A DNA stretch of 64,000 bases, from contig JBHGNT010000011.1 of assembly GCA_043228905.1 (NCBI GenBank), positions 8,866,001-8,930,000 on the forward strand, read 5' to 3'. The notes under the pieces were generated by a model. The model saw only the letters and a program-made list of their open reading frames with translations. It searched no databases and was not told the origin of the DNA. Both the position numbers and the translations under genes were made by a program. The stretch is from Azolla caroliniana. Lineage: Eukaryota; Plantae; Polypodiophyta. This document shows, piece by piece, positions 40,401-52,102 of this stretch (position 1 is its first letter; the number at the start of each line of letters is the position of its first letter).

Positions 40401-41055
40401 ATGATTCAATTACAAAGAAGAAGCTAGAGCACATGTCAATAAGCATAACGTGGTTAACTACATCATGTGCCCAGCTGTAACCAAAAAATTAAGACATGTG
40501 TCAGGGGATAAAAGTATGGTGAACCCTTATCAAAAACCTCAAAGATTGATCAACCGCCTCATAGAGCTCTTCTCGAATCCAGATGATTGGGTCCTAGACT
40601 TGTTCTCTGGCATAGGTATAATATATATATTTAATTTCAATCCTGTCGATCAAGTTTAAGACGTTACTTCTTATATATACTTGTTTGTATTCATGCGACC
40701 ATTAGGTACAACGACAGCTTGTGCATTGAAGATGTTTAGAAACTGTGTTGCATTGGAGAAGGACCCTGCTCAAGTTAACTTCATCAAAATGAGGATCACA
40801 GGAATCTAGGACTGTCCAGATCAGGATCAAGAAGTTGGAGCAAAACACATCAACGAGACAGAGATGTTCCAGATGACTTCACGAGAACCAATGGAACCAA
40901 TTGATGAAGAAGCAGGGGAGCTGGTGGACCTGGAAGATGTAGCACAGTTTGACCATACATCAAATTCGGGAGAGCTTGGAGATGACACGAATGAAAACAG
41001 TCTAGAACAATCAGCGCCAGAGGAGCCTGCTCTGCCTGATTTGCTTATAGATTGA
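37493..41055 (+). pseudogene. Six-exon gene: ParB/Srx-like domain fused to a beta-class N4-cytosine/N6-adenine DNA methyltransferase
   Basis: Exons ~37493-37518, 37856-39484, 39567-39705, 39774-40237, 40327-40615, 40706-41055 with phase-compatible GT-AG introns; LLIADIPYG, WIK.N, NPYQKPQRLINRLIELFSNPDDWVLDLFSGIGTTTACALKMFRNCVALEKD; TAG at 38883 and 40807, frameshift ~40440. Confidence 0.85.
37631..37699. repeat. Near-perfect ~70 bp inverted repeat in intron 1 of the MTase gene
   Basis: TGAAAGGTAGGACCTTCAACCAAAATCCGATGCA-G-TGCATCGGATTTTAGTTGAAGGTCTTGCCTTTCA. Confidence 0.9.
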
Positions 41056-41526
41056 TGTAGATGGCGTAATGTAAAAATTGAGGATTTTGAGGCATAATGT
41101 TCACCATCACTTCATATTATATTTGTATATGAGAACATTTGTAATTGTTTATCATTTAATTAAATTCACCTATTCATAATTTCCCTTTTTAATCATTATT
41201 GGAACCGTAGTTTGTATTTACATATAATTGGTCACCATGCTCTTCTTCAATTTGAGATATTAACATGATATTGTAATTTCTCATTCCGTTAGCATGACTG
41301 TATATGAAAAGGCGAATGTTTTTGATAATAAGAGGTTTTTAGTTACCTACGGTTCAAGTCTACTGGTTCCACATAGTATAAATGAATGTCGTACGTAATT
41401 GTTACTCTTACCAATTACATTATCATGAACTATATGACATTATACAATGAAACTATCGATATACCCGTCCAACAAGTGGGGTACTACTTTATTCCTAAAC
41501 CCAAAACCACATATTTATAATTACGG

Positions 41527-44500
41527 TGTCGTGAAGAAAACCGTCCACGAGCGGAATCGGTGCGCCGGAGCATAGGAACCGGCTCTTCATGCACGTACGC
41601 CTTGTGTTGTACATAAGAGAGAATTAGGGACATGGAAGATCCTAGGTAGGTAGATTCGGTAGGTAGGAAGTTAATAGGAAACGGCTCCCTTCTTGCCTAT
41701 AAAAGGAGGGAGACGAGGAGGAGGAAAGGATCGCGGAATCAGAGAGGACGAAGTGTTGTTGGGTTGTCGGTCGAAGGCTTCTCTCTTCCATACTCTCCAT
41801 AGCTTCTTTCTGTGCAGGTTTCGAGAGGCTCGCGCTGCTCTGAGGAACGCCCGAGTGCTTCTAGCAGCACCTCCAACCTACTCCTTTCTTTCTGAGCGTT
41901 TGCGAACAGGCATCGGCATCTGTTCGTCGGCCTGTTCGGTTGTAACCGACTTCGTGCTTCTTGTTGTTTGTCTCTATTAATATATACATACATACCTTCG
42001 TGCCTCTCTGTGTTTGTTTCCCCGCTCGTGTCTTCGTGTCGAAGGGCCGTGTCCCTGTGGATCTACGCTCGCACGTAGTGGGTCCTTTCCCTCTCCTTTC
42101 TCTATTGCTCTTCGGTACAAGACCCCCGAGGTCCCGCCTCATTCCACGCATCCGCGAGGAATACCTCGACATCTTGGTGAACCCGACGTGAAGGAGGCGG
42201 CAGAAGAACAGAAGATGAAGGGGTCGGATCTTGCGGAGGCCATGGCTTCGGCCGTGGATCGGATATTGAGCGCACGCGAGGGCACCGGCGCCCTCGACAG
42301 AGCCATTGAGGTGGTCGTCGGTACGATCGGCCGGTTCAGCGGAAAGGATGCCACGAAGTATTTGGCGTCCTACGGGGCAGAAATGTTGATGCGGGACATT
42401 CCGGAAGAGAGGCGTCTTGCCGGGTTTCCTCGAGTGGTGATGCCGAGCATCCATGCGGAGGTGCTCGAGGTGCGGGTGGAGAGCCGTACCTGGGAGGAGT
42501 TCGAAGGCCGACTCCTAGAAAAATACCGGCTGGACGACGCGCTCCGGCTTTCGAAACGAGACTTCATGGAATGGGTGGAGTCCCCCGGCAAGGGAAGAAA
42601 CGCGTCGGCACTCCTCCGGGAGTTCGAAGAACGCTTTGCACGCCTTTCGGCGCTTGACCGAACCGTTCTGGATACAAGCCGGGTCCTACTATTCGTCAAG
42701 TCGGTGGACGAGCGGGACCGGGATCAAGTCGGCTCCTTGCTGGAAACCGAAGACGGGCTGACGACCGACTGGGTTGCGGTTAAGAGAGTCTGTGGCCGTT
42801 TCGACAAACGGCGAGAATGGGCTGACAACGGGGCAGCTGGTGCGGGCTCTATCACAGCAAGGAGACTTGAACCGGCACCGCAAGGGCGAAGGGAAGAAAC
42901 TCGGGAATGGCTCGAAACCGGTCCGGCTTCGACCGGCATGGTCAGTGGCTCGTCCGAAGGAGCAGCGCTGGAGGAGTTGGCGCGGGCGATAAAGGATCTC
43001 CAGATCGCCCAGACTCGAAGGGAAGGCGGCGAACTGGCTCGTGACCGACGGCCGGCAGTAGGGAACAGGTGCATGTGGTGCGACGAGGTCGGCCACATCC
43101 GGAAGGACTGCGGCGATTTCGCAGAAGCATTGAGGAACCGGGTGGTGTACCTGTGGGAAGGCCAGGTGCACGCCGGCGACACCAGAAGGGCCCTAAACCG
43201 AAACGACGGGCGAGGAGGAATGAAGAGACTGATGGAAGAGGCAGCGGCCCGACACGTGGAGGCCATCCACTACTCGGCGTCGGCCAGCATCCGGGTCGGG
43301 AGCAGCGAGGCCCGAAAGGAGGGCAAAGACGGATTCTGGTCGGCAATGTTGGAAGGTCTTGCCGGCGCACGGCTAAGGAAAGATGAAACGGACCGCGCTG
43401 AGAGACGGGTCCGGGAAATAACCGGGTGGAGCGATCTGGTCGAGGAGAAGACGGGATTCGTAGAAACCGCCTGCCGGAACTACGAGGCTCTAGTAGAAGA
43501 CAAACGGGTGGGGAAAGCCGGAGCGGCCGGGCCCTCACAACGGTACGAGACCCGATTCGGGCAACGACAGAACGATGCCGGTGGGTCCAGCTCGCAAGAT
43601 AACCCCAGGAAGGGCGGATACCAACTGGGGACGGAAATAGAAAGGACTACGGACCTACGAAAAGTCCTAGAAGAACGGATCCTCGACAGCAAAGTGGAGC
43701 TGTCATTGCGGGAGGTGCTAGGGATCGCCAAGAAGGAGTTCCACGACTCCATTGTGGACCTGGTGAAACGGAAGAGGCTGTCGACGGAGACGGAACCGGA
43801 AAGACCGGTGGAGGTGTGGACGACGAACATTGACGACATGGCACTGGAAGATGAGTGGGCGGAGAGCCACTATTCAAGGCCGCACTGGGCCCGAGCGACC
43901 ACGGAGACCCCGGTAAAGATCGAAGATGTTCAGGAACCGGTGGTGGCATTGGTGGACCACGGTTCGGAAATAAACCTGATGTCCATGGACTTCTATAAGA
44001 AGGGAAAGTGGCCGATCAACACCAAGCACGGGTGGAAGATACGGGCGGCGACACGCGCCACCGAGGAACTGCACGGGGCTTGCCCGAACGTGCGAGTCAA
44101 GATTGGCGACGTCGAGATTGACCAGCACTTCTTCGTACAGGAGACGTCCTCGCACCCGGTCATATTAGGGGAACCATACATCACGGCGGTGCGGATGGAG
44201 ACCAAGGGTCTAGACAACAGTTCGGCCTACGCGAGGGTCAAAAGCCAGGACGGGCGCCATTCGGTCCAATTTCTGACGGTGCGACTGAACCACGAGCGAA
44301 ACTGCGAATCCCTCGGTGGCGAGAACCGGGAGGATTTTTAGAGAGGGCTGCCAAGGCGTGGGGCCGAGACAGTTCGAACACTCGGGAAAGACCCCACAGC
44401 TGTACGATAGAACCGAAACCGAAGAAACCTTGTACGATAGGTAGAAAATTCTGCTTCCCCAACAACGGAGGGTGCATGATAGTCGGCATCGTTGGCCGAG

Positions 44501-47500
44501 AAAGGGCAAGGGCGGAGGAGCGACTTCGAGTGTGCGGAGTTCTCGGCCCGGACGAGGAAATCAGCGGGGCCGTGGAGGCGGTCTCCTTCGACGACACCTT
44601 GGGGATGCTGAGGAAGGTATCCGGAGAAGACCTTAACAAGGACCGGACGATACCGGTATGTTCCGAAGAGATGTACGAAGTCATCGCGAACTTCAGCCAG
44701 GGGCTCCGGACAGATCGGACGGCCCGAGTTAGCACGAAGTACAAGACTGTGGACCGGAAGGTAAGGCCAGTCGCGGCACCCTTACCGGAGGGCAGCGAGT
44801 CCCGAATCAGAGGGGTTGCGTCGGACCCCAGTTTACGAGATCCGGCTTGCACAGGACACACCTTCACCGATGGGACGCTCCGGGAGCTCAAGATCGGTGG
44901 GGGCGGGTTCCTACTGCCGGCGGAGGAAGACCGGTTTCGGAGAATGCTCGGAAGGCACGGAAAGGCCTTCTCATTCTCACCGGAAGAGATCGGGTGCGTA
45001 GACCCGACGATCATGGAGCCGATGGTGATATTCACAGTACCGCATGTGCCGTGACGACATCCCGATAAAGGGGTGCCCGGTGGAAGAGAAGGACGAGACA
45101 GTCGGGCCGGACGGATGCCGGCGATTTGTGGCAACACACATTGACGACTGCGAGAAGGTGCTACAAAGTCTAGAGGATGCGAGGCTCACCTTCTCCGGGG
45201 AGAAATCGGCCTTCGGGCAATCAGAAATCTTGGTGGTCGGACACCTGTGTGGACCGTATGGCCGGAAGCCGTCTCCGGCAAAAGTAGAAGCCATCTCCGC
45301 GATGAAGGCCGACTGTAGCTCGGTTACGGAAGTTTGGGGGTTCTTGGGGGCATGCGCGTTCTACCACATATGGATCTTGCATTATGCCCACGTTGCGGAG
45401 CCGCTATACGGGTTGCTGAAAAAGGGGCGAAAATTCAAGTGCCGAGACGAGCACACGGAGTCGGTCCGGAAGCTAAAGGAAGCTCTTGCGGCAACACCGG
45501 CGCTCCGGAAGGCTGTCTACGAGAAGGGTACCCCGGTATACATAACGGTGGATACGAGCCCGACCGGGATCGGATGGGTCGTCAACCAAGAAGACGAGGA
45601 TGGCACCTGGTTCCAGATCCGATTCAGCGCTAAGGTCCTCAGTGAGCGACAGCGAGGGTACGCCCAGGTTAAACGCGAACTCTGGGGTATCGTTTCGGCA
45701 GTAAAGGCCGACAAAGACTACCTGATCGGGACAGAAGTGATTATCGAGATGGATTGCCTGCCAATTCTCGGCATGGTTTCCGGATGCGCGACACCGGACC
45801 TGGCGATGCTCAGGTGGATAGTGTACATCAAGTCCCTGGACCCAGAAATACGGCACATTTCCGGAAAGGACAACGTCATGGCCGACATGCTTTCGAGGGC
45901 GAGGTTTGATGAGGAGGGAGGCATGGTTTCGGAGGACGAAGAAGTCGGCGTGGACTTCTTCAAGGCGGCGTACGTAACGACCGATGGGACGAGCACTCCG
46001 GCACTTAACAGCTTCGACGAGAGCAAGTACGACGGAGAGTGGCTGCGGATCGGTGGTTTCTTGAGGACAATGACGTCGGATGCGTCGTGGACGAGAGACG
46101 AGGCCAACCGGATCCGAAAGAAAGCTTACCGATTCTTTCTCCGGGAGGGATACTTATGGAAGCACCCGAAGAAGAGGAACAGCGTCCCGCTCCGGGTGGT
46201 GGCGATGAAGGAAGAATAGGAGGAGCTGCTGACGGCCTACCACGACAACCCTTGGGCTGGACACCGTGGAACGTGGGCCACGTTCGAGAAGATAAAAGGG
46301 AAGTACTGGTGGCCGGGACTGTACCGGGACGTGCATCGGTTCGTGACAACTTTCGAGAGCTGTCAGATGCACTCCATAGTCCGGCATCGGGACAAGCTTC
46401 ACCCTACGTACCCTCCGACCATCCACTTCAAATGGATGGTAGATCTGGTGACGATGCCGATGGGCGTAGGACAGATGCGATATCTGGTCCTGGCTCTGGA
46501 AGATCTGACGAACCAGGTGGAAAGCCGAGCCCTTTAGAACAAAACGACCGCGGCCGTATGTCGGTTCCTGATCGAGGACGTGATATGCCGGTACGGGTGC
46601 GTCGGGAAGATCGTGGCTGATCGCGGGGAGTTGGACGCCGAAGAGGCCGAGGAGTTGTTCGACCGGCTAGGAGTCAAGCTCTCGCTTACCACTGCGTACA
46701 ATCCGAAGGCGAATGGGAAGGTGGAGCGCGGACACGGACCGATCGTCAAGGCTTTAGTTCGGGCATGCGGGGGTCAAGTCGGGAACTGGCCGCAGCTGCT
46801 GCCTTACGCGTTGTGGGCTGACCGAACTACGCACAGTTCGGTAACCGGATTCATGCCGGTAGAGCTCATGTTTGGGCAGAAGCCGGTCATGCCGATGGAA
46901 CGTACGATATCCTCGTGAGCAACCATGGACTGGAGAGACGAGATGAGCCGGGAGGAACTGTTGGCGGCGCGTATACGACAGCTCGAGCGAAGACCGGAGG
47001 ACGTGGAGCAAGCTGCGGGAAAGCTTCGGGTGGCACGGACGAGGAACAAAGCCCAGTTCGACCGGACGCGCCGGCTCCGACCGAAGAAGATCGAGGAAGG
47101 CGACTGGGTCCTAGTCTATGACAGCAACCTCGACAACCAGCACCGAGCAACACGGAAGTTCGCAAGAAGGTGGTTCGGGCCTTACGTGGTACAAAGCGCC
47201 AACGACAACGGGACGTACAATCTGGCGGAACTCGATGGCACGAGAATGGCGATACCGGTAGCAGGAAAGCGGATCAAAGCGTTCAAGAAGCGTCACGACG
47301 ACGAGCCGGATTCGGTTAACCTGGACCGGAACGACGAACAATCTGAAACCGAGGAAGAACCGACGGGCGGGGAATGAAGGCTGGACCGGTTTTCTCCGTC
47401 CCAACTCAATTTGGCGCATGCCGGTGGATGCGCGATTAGGTGGGGGCGGATGTCGTGAAGAAAACCGTCCACGAGCGGAATCGATGCGCCGGAGCATAGG

Positions 47501-48441
47501 AACCGGCTCTTCATGCACATACGCCTTGTGTTGTACATAAGAGAGAATTAGGGACATGGAAGATCCTAGGTAGGTAGATTCGGTAGGTAGGAAGTTAATA
47601 GGAAACGGCTCCCTTCTTGCCTATAAAAGGAGGGAGACGAGGAGGAGGAAAGGATCGCGGAATCAGAGAGGACGAAGTGTTGTTGGGTTGTCGGTCGAAG
47701 GCTTCTCTCTTCCATACTCTCCGTAGCTTCTTTCTGTGCAGGTTTCGGGAGGCTCGCGCTGCTCTGAGGAACGCCCGAGTGCTTCTAGCAGCACCTCCAA
47801 CCTACTCCTTTCTTTCTGAGCGTTTGCGAACAGGCATCGGCATCTGTTCGCCGGCCTGTTCGGTTGTAACCGACTTCGTGCTTCTTGTTGTTTGTCTCTA
47901 TTAATATATACATACATACCTTCGTGCCTCTCTGTGTTTGTTTCCCCGCTCGTGTCTTCGTGTCGAAGGGTCGTGTCCCTGTGGATCTACGCTCGCACGT
48001 AGTGGGTCCTTTCCCTCTCCTTTCTCTATTGCTCTTTGGTACAAGACCCCCGAGGTCCCGCCTCATTCCACGCATCCGCGAGGAATACCTCGACATCTTG
48101 GTGAACCCGACGTGAAGGAGGCGGCAGAAGAACAGAAGATGAAGGGGTCGGATCTTGCGGAGGCCATGGCTTCGGCCGTGGATCGGATATTGAGCGCACG
48201 CGAGGGCACCGGCGCCCTCGACAGAGCCATTGAGGTGGTCGTCGGTACGATCGGCCGGTTCAGCGGAAAGGATGCCACGAAGTATTTGGCGTCCTACGGG
48301 GCAGAAATGTTGATGCGGGACATTCCGGAAGAGAGGCGTCTTGCCGGGTTTCCTCGAGTGGTGATGCCGAGCATCCATGCGGAGGTGCTCGAGGTGCGGG
48401 CGGAGAGCCGTACCTGGGAGGAGTTCGAAGGCCGACTCCTA
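41527..48441 (+). mobile_element. Ty3/gypsy non-chromovirus element (LTRs 41527-42171 and 47451-48095), tRNA-Trp PBS, gag-protease, RT partly deleted, RNase H, integrase; followed by the start of a tandem second copy
   Basis: PBS TGGTGAACCCGACGTGAA; CMWCDEVGHIRKDC; ALVDHGSEINLM; DTSPTGIG; YNPKANGKVERGH; PPT AGGTGGGGGCGGA. Confidence 0.93.
42215..44341 (+). CDS. Gypsy gag-aspartic protease ORF
   Basis: Open frame with CCHC knuckle and DHGSEIN protease motif; likely start at MKGSDLAE just after the PBS. Confidence 0.8.
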   Translation: MKGSDLAEAMASAVDRILSAREGTGALDRAIEVVVGTIGRFSGKDATKYLASYGAEMLMRDIPEERRLAGFPRVVMPSIHAEVLEVRVESRTWEEFEGRLLEKYRLDDALRLSKRDFMEWVESPGKGRNASALLREFEERFARLSALDRTVLDTSRVLLFVKSVDERDRDQVGSLLETEDGLTTDWVAVKRVCGRFDKRREWADNGAAGAGSITARRLEPAPQGRREETREWLETGPASTGMVSGSSEGAALEELARAIKDLQIAQTRREGGELARDRRPAVGNRCMWCDEVGHIRKDCGDFAEALRNRVVYLWEGQVHAGDTRRALNRNDGRGGMKRLMEEAAARHVEAIHYSASASIRVGSSEARKEGKDGFWSAMLEGLAGARLRKDETDRAERRVREITGWSDLVEEKTGFVETACRNYEALVEDKRVGKAGAAGPSQRYETRFGQRQNDAGGSSSQDNPRKGGYQLGTEIERTTDLRKVLEERILDSKVELSLREVLGIAKKEFHDSIVDLVKRKRLSTETEPERPVEVWTTNIDDMALEDEWAESHYSRPHWARATTETPVKIEDVQEPVVALVDHGSEINLMSMDFYKKGKWPINTKHGWKIRAATRATEELHGACPNVRVKIGDVEIDQHFFVQETSSHPVILGEPYITAVRMETKGLDNSSAYARVKSQDGRHSVQFLTVRLNHERNCESLGGENREDF

Positions 48442-51400
48442 TACACGACATACTTGGATCTACCTCATTGAGCGGAAGAGCGAAGTCTTCGACTGTTTCC
48501 GAAGCCTCCAGAAGATGGTGGAACGGGAATCGGAGAGGAAGATCAAATGCCTTCGGTCGGATGGCGGAAAGGAATATTTTTCCGGCCAATTCACTAGTTA
48601 TCTGCAGCAGAAGGGAATTCGGCGAGAGTTCAGCAGCAGATACACACCGGAGCAAAACGGTGTGGCCGAAAGGAAGAACCGGACACTCGTCGAAGCGGCA
48701 AGGGCAATGCTGGAGGAGAAGAGCATGCCCCGGTTCTACTGGGCGGGGGCGATCCAGACGGCCGTCTACATACAAAACCGCATTGGTGACAAGGTGTCAG
48801 CTCATGAGCTGTATTTCGGGCGCAAGCCGAACTTAAGACACCTTCGGATATTCGGCAGCATAGCGTATGTGCATGTGCCGAATCAGAAGCGGAGAAAGCT
48901 GGATGCAAAATCGGAAAAATGCATCCTAGTCGGCTATGCTCAAGAGCAAAAGGGGTATAAGTGCTATAACCCCCGGACGAAGGAAGTCCGAGTTAGCCGA
49001 GATGTCGAGTTCGATGAATCGGCATCCTGGTACTCCGTACCGACTCCAACTTCCGATCCCGACCCAATGCCGGAAGATCAGGCTAGTGAGCCTGAATCAG
49101 CCCTAGCAGAGGATGATGAAGCCAGGACTCAAGATGAGAGTCCGGAATCGTTACAGTTGAGTGAACCGAACGAGCGACTAAGTCGGTTGGACCAGTCGGA
49201 TGAAGAGACGGCAAGTGGTGGAGACTCTGCCGTGCTCTCCCCGCGCAAGGCACCGAGGAAACGGTTCACGCGCAAAGAGAAGGGGAAGAGGAAGATGTCG
49301 GAATTCGAAACCGGCAACGATGAGTCGGATCGGTGCGTATCCAACTCCGGAAAGGAGAAAGGCGGATCTTCGGCAATGAAGACCGAACTGGCCAAGAAGG
49401 GCCTCAAATCAGGTGACGGTGCGTTGCGCCGATCAACCCGCCAGAAGGATCCCGTCATGCGATACGGGTACAATGAATACATGGCGCATCATTATGCGTA
49501 CATAACTAAGGTAACAGAAGTGCGTGAGCCGGAGAGCTACGCAAAAGCGGCAAAGGACGCAAATTGGCGTGCCGCTATGGACGAAGAAATGCGGGCACTC
49601 GATGCCAACGAAACTTGGGACCTAGTTGATCCTCCCCGTCACTGTAAACCGATCGAATGCAAGTGGGTGTACAAGGTCAAGAGAAACGGAATCGACTACG
49701 ACGAGACCCTCGCTCCTGTGGCGAAGATGACGACGGTTCGTGTGGTATTGGCGGTTGATGCGGCAAGGGGGTGGCATCTTCACCAGATGGATGTGAAGAA
49801 TGCCTTCCTTCAAGGAGAGCTTGAAGAAGAAGTCTTTATGACTCAGCCCCCTGGATTTCAATCGGAGATGAACAAATCGGCGGTCTGCCGACTGAAGAAG
49901 TCGTTTTACGGCTTGAAGCAAGCCCCCCGAGCTTGGAACACGAAGATCACGCACCGGTTGCGTAAGCTGGGGTTTGTTTTCTCTAAGTCGGACTCTTCGT
50001 TGTTCATCAGGCAAGGCTCTGACGGTCCGGTATGTATACTCTTGTATGTGGATGATTTAGTCATCACCGGACCGGGTCTTCCCGAAATCAACCGCATCAA
50101 GTCCCAGTTGTCAGACGCATTCGAAATGAAGGACCTGGGGAACCTTCATTATTTTCTTGGGATCGAAGTGATCCGGACCCCCGACGGCATATTGCTCTCA
50201 CAACGGCATTACGTGTTGAATATGTTGTATAAGTTCGGCATGACGGATTGCCGACCTATCTCCACACCCCTGGACCGGAACCAGAAGCTCCGTCCCAACT
50301 CCGGACCGGCCTGCAATGAGAAACGGTTCCGACAGGTTGTGGGAAGCCTAATCTACTTAACCATCACCCGACCCGACATCAGCTATCCGGTCGGCATGGT
50401 AAGTCAGTTCATGCAGAAGCCGACCGTGGAGCACCTTCAGTGCACGCAACGAATATTACGGTATGTCAGCGGCACTAAGGACCGGGGACTGCTATACCGG
50501 CGAGGTATACCCGAAGAGCTTGTCGGTTACACAGATGCTGACTGGGCCGGCGATGCGTCTGATCGCCGCTCCACTTCCAGATACATGTTCTCCATAGGTA
50601 GCGCGGCCGTTGTGTGGAGCACCAAGAAGCAGCCCACAGTGGCTTTGTCAAGCACTGAGGCTGAGTACCGGGCCGCTACCGTTGCCACTTGTGAAGCCAT
50701 CTGGCTTCGGCGACTGCTGCGAGACTTGCGGATCGAGGTACCGACCCCGATCCCGATTTACTGCGATAAGATGAGCAGCCTGCAGCTCGCCAGGAACCCT
50801 GTGTTCCATGCTTGCACAAAGCACATCGAGGTGCACTACCACTTCGTGCGTGAGCCGGTCCTGAGCGGTGAAGTTGACCTACGGTATGTTCATACGGATC
50901 GGCAAGTTGCCGACATCGTCATCAAGCCGCTCGGATCGGACAAGTTGCAGCACTTTACCGACATGCTTGGTATTCAGCATCTCGACGTGCCGCACTTGAG
51001 GGGGAGAAGCAAGGGCAAAGTCTCTACCGAAACGGGCAAAGGCCAAAAAACTGTTGAACCCGTGGGTAAGAGGAGAGCCGGAAGAAGAGGAGACAAGAAG
51101 ATGAAGGAAGCCGAGTCCACGAAGGAAGTCGACACATCCGAACAAGTCGGAGCAAGCGGCTGTGAAGAAGAGTTGTGCACTCAGGAAGAGAAGTGCATGT
51201 TGTGCGGAGGTCATCACGTCGGTACTGACCATGATGCGGAGTCGAATGAAGAATTCGATTTCGGTTCACCGGCTGAAGAAGCCGAGGGAAGCATGGAGAA
51301 GGCCAAGACTCGGAAGTGGTCCGATGTGGTGAGAGGCCTGAAGCCGGAAGTCGAATCGGAGTGTACCGATTCGGACAAGAGCTGGAACGAGTCGAAGACA

Positions 51401-52071
51401 GCTGACTCGGATCAACAAATGGATCCGGATGAGTCGGATCGACTGAAGGCCAAGGGGACACGGACACAGCGGAAGTCGATGCCATCGTGGGAGAACCGAC
51501 GGATCGGCAAGCGCCGGAGTCACAGCAACGTGAGTGCTGAGATGGGCCTATTGAGCAGACATGCCGACCGAGAGGGTCGAGGCGTGCAGAACCAAAGGGG
51601 TCGCGGCAAACGGGACCGGACCAGACGAGGAGCGCGAGCAAGGCGGAGTGACGCCAGGAGAAGTCGGTTGGAAGAACCGACTGCCACAGAGGTTGACACT
51701 ACGACCCCACCTCAGGTTGAGCTTGAGGGGGAGTGTTGAGCGGCAACCTCAACCGGAGCCGGATCGGCTGAATAAGCCGGAGCCGGTAAGCGAGACGGAT
51801 CGGGCGAAACGGATCGGTATGACGGTGAGCAACCGAACCGGCAAGCAGTGGAGGCCGGGTGCAATCCGTAACCGGAAGTCCAATCGGAAGCCTAGTATAG
51901 GATAGACTACTAGGTAGCTATAGTCTCGTAGTAAGTGTCAGATGATCGTGTGAGCATTGAAGTACATGGTACTTCTGTCAGTCCCAAGAGGACTTGTATA
52001 AATAGTGGTACTTAGCACAGTGTGTATACAGAGTCTTGAGATAATTTTGAAATTGTGTTCTGCTCTCTCTG

Positions 52072-52102
<31 letters not shown>

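Larger units (their letters stand above)
34199..41526. mobile_element. Putative DNA transposon carrying a transposase-like gene and a ParB-methyltransferase gene; right terminus not present
   Basis: Abrupt switch from the copia protease region (EWFSFL|) to AT-rich non-retroviral DNA with two divergent genes. Confidence 0.7.

Noticed and set aside
34525-41055. Alternative genetic code (TAG=Gln) or bacterial contamination
   Set aside because: Similar C>T stops litter the neighbouring retroelements, a frameshift is also present, and the MTase gene has spliceosomal introns
48377-51739. 1120-aa ORF as a real gene
   Set aside because: Its N-terminus is out-of-frame gypsy sequence fused by deletion to copia D pol; there is no genuine start
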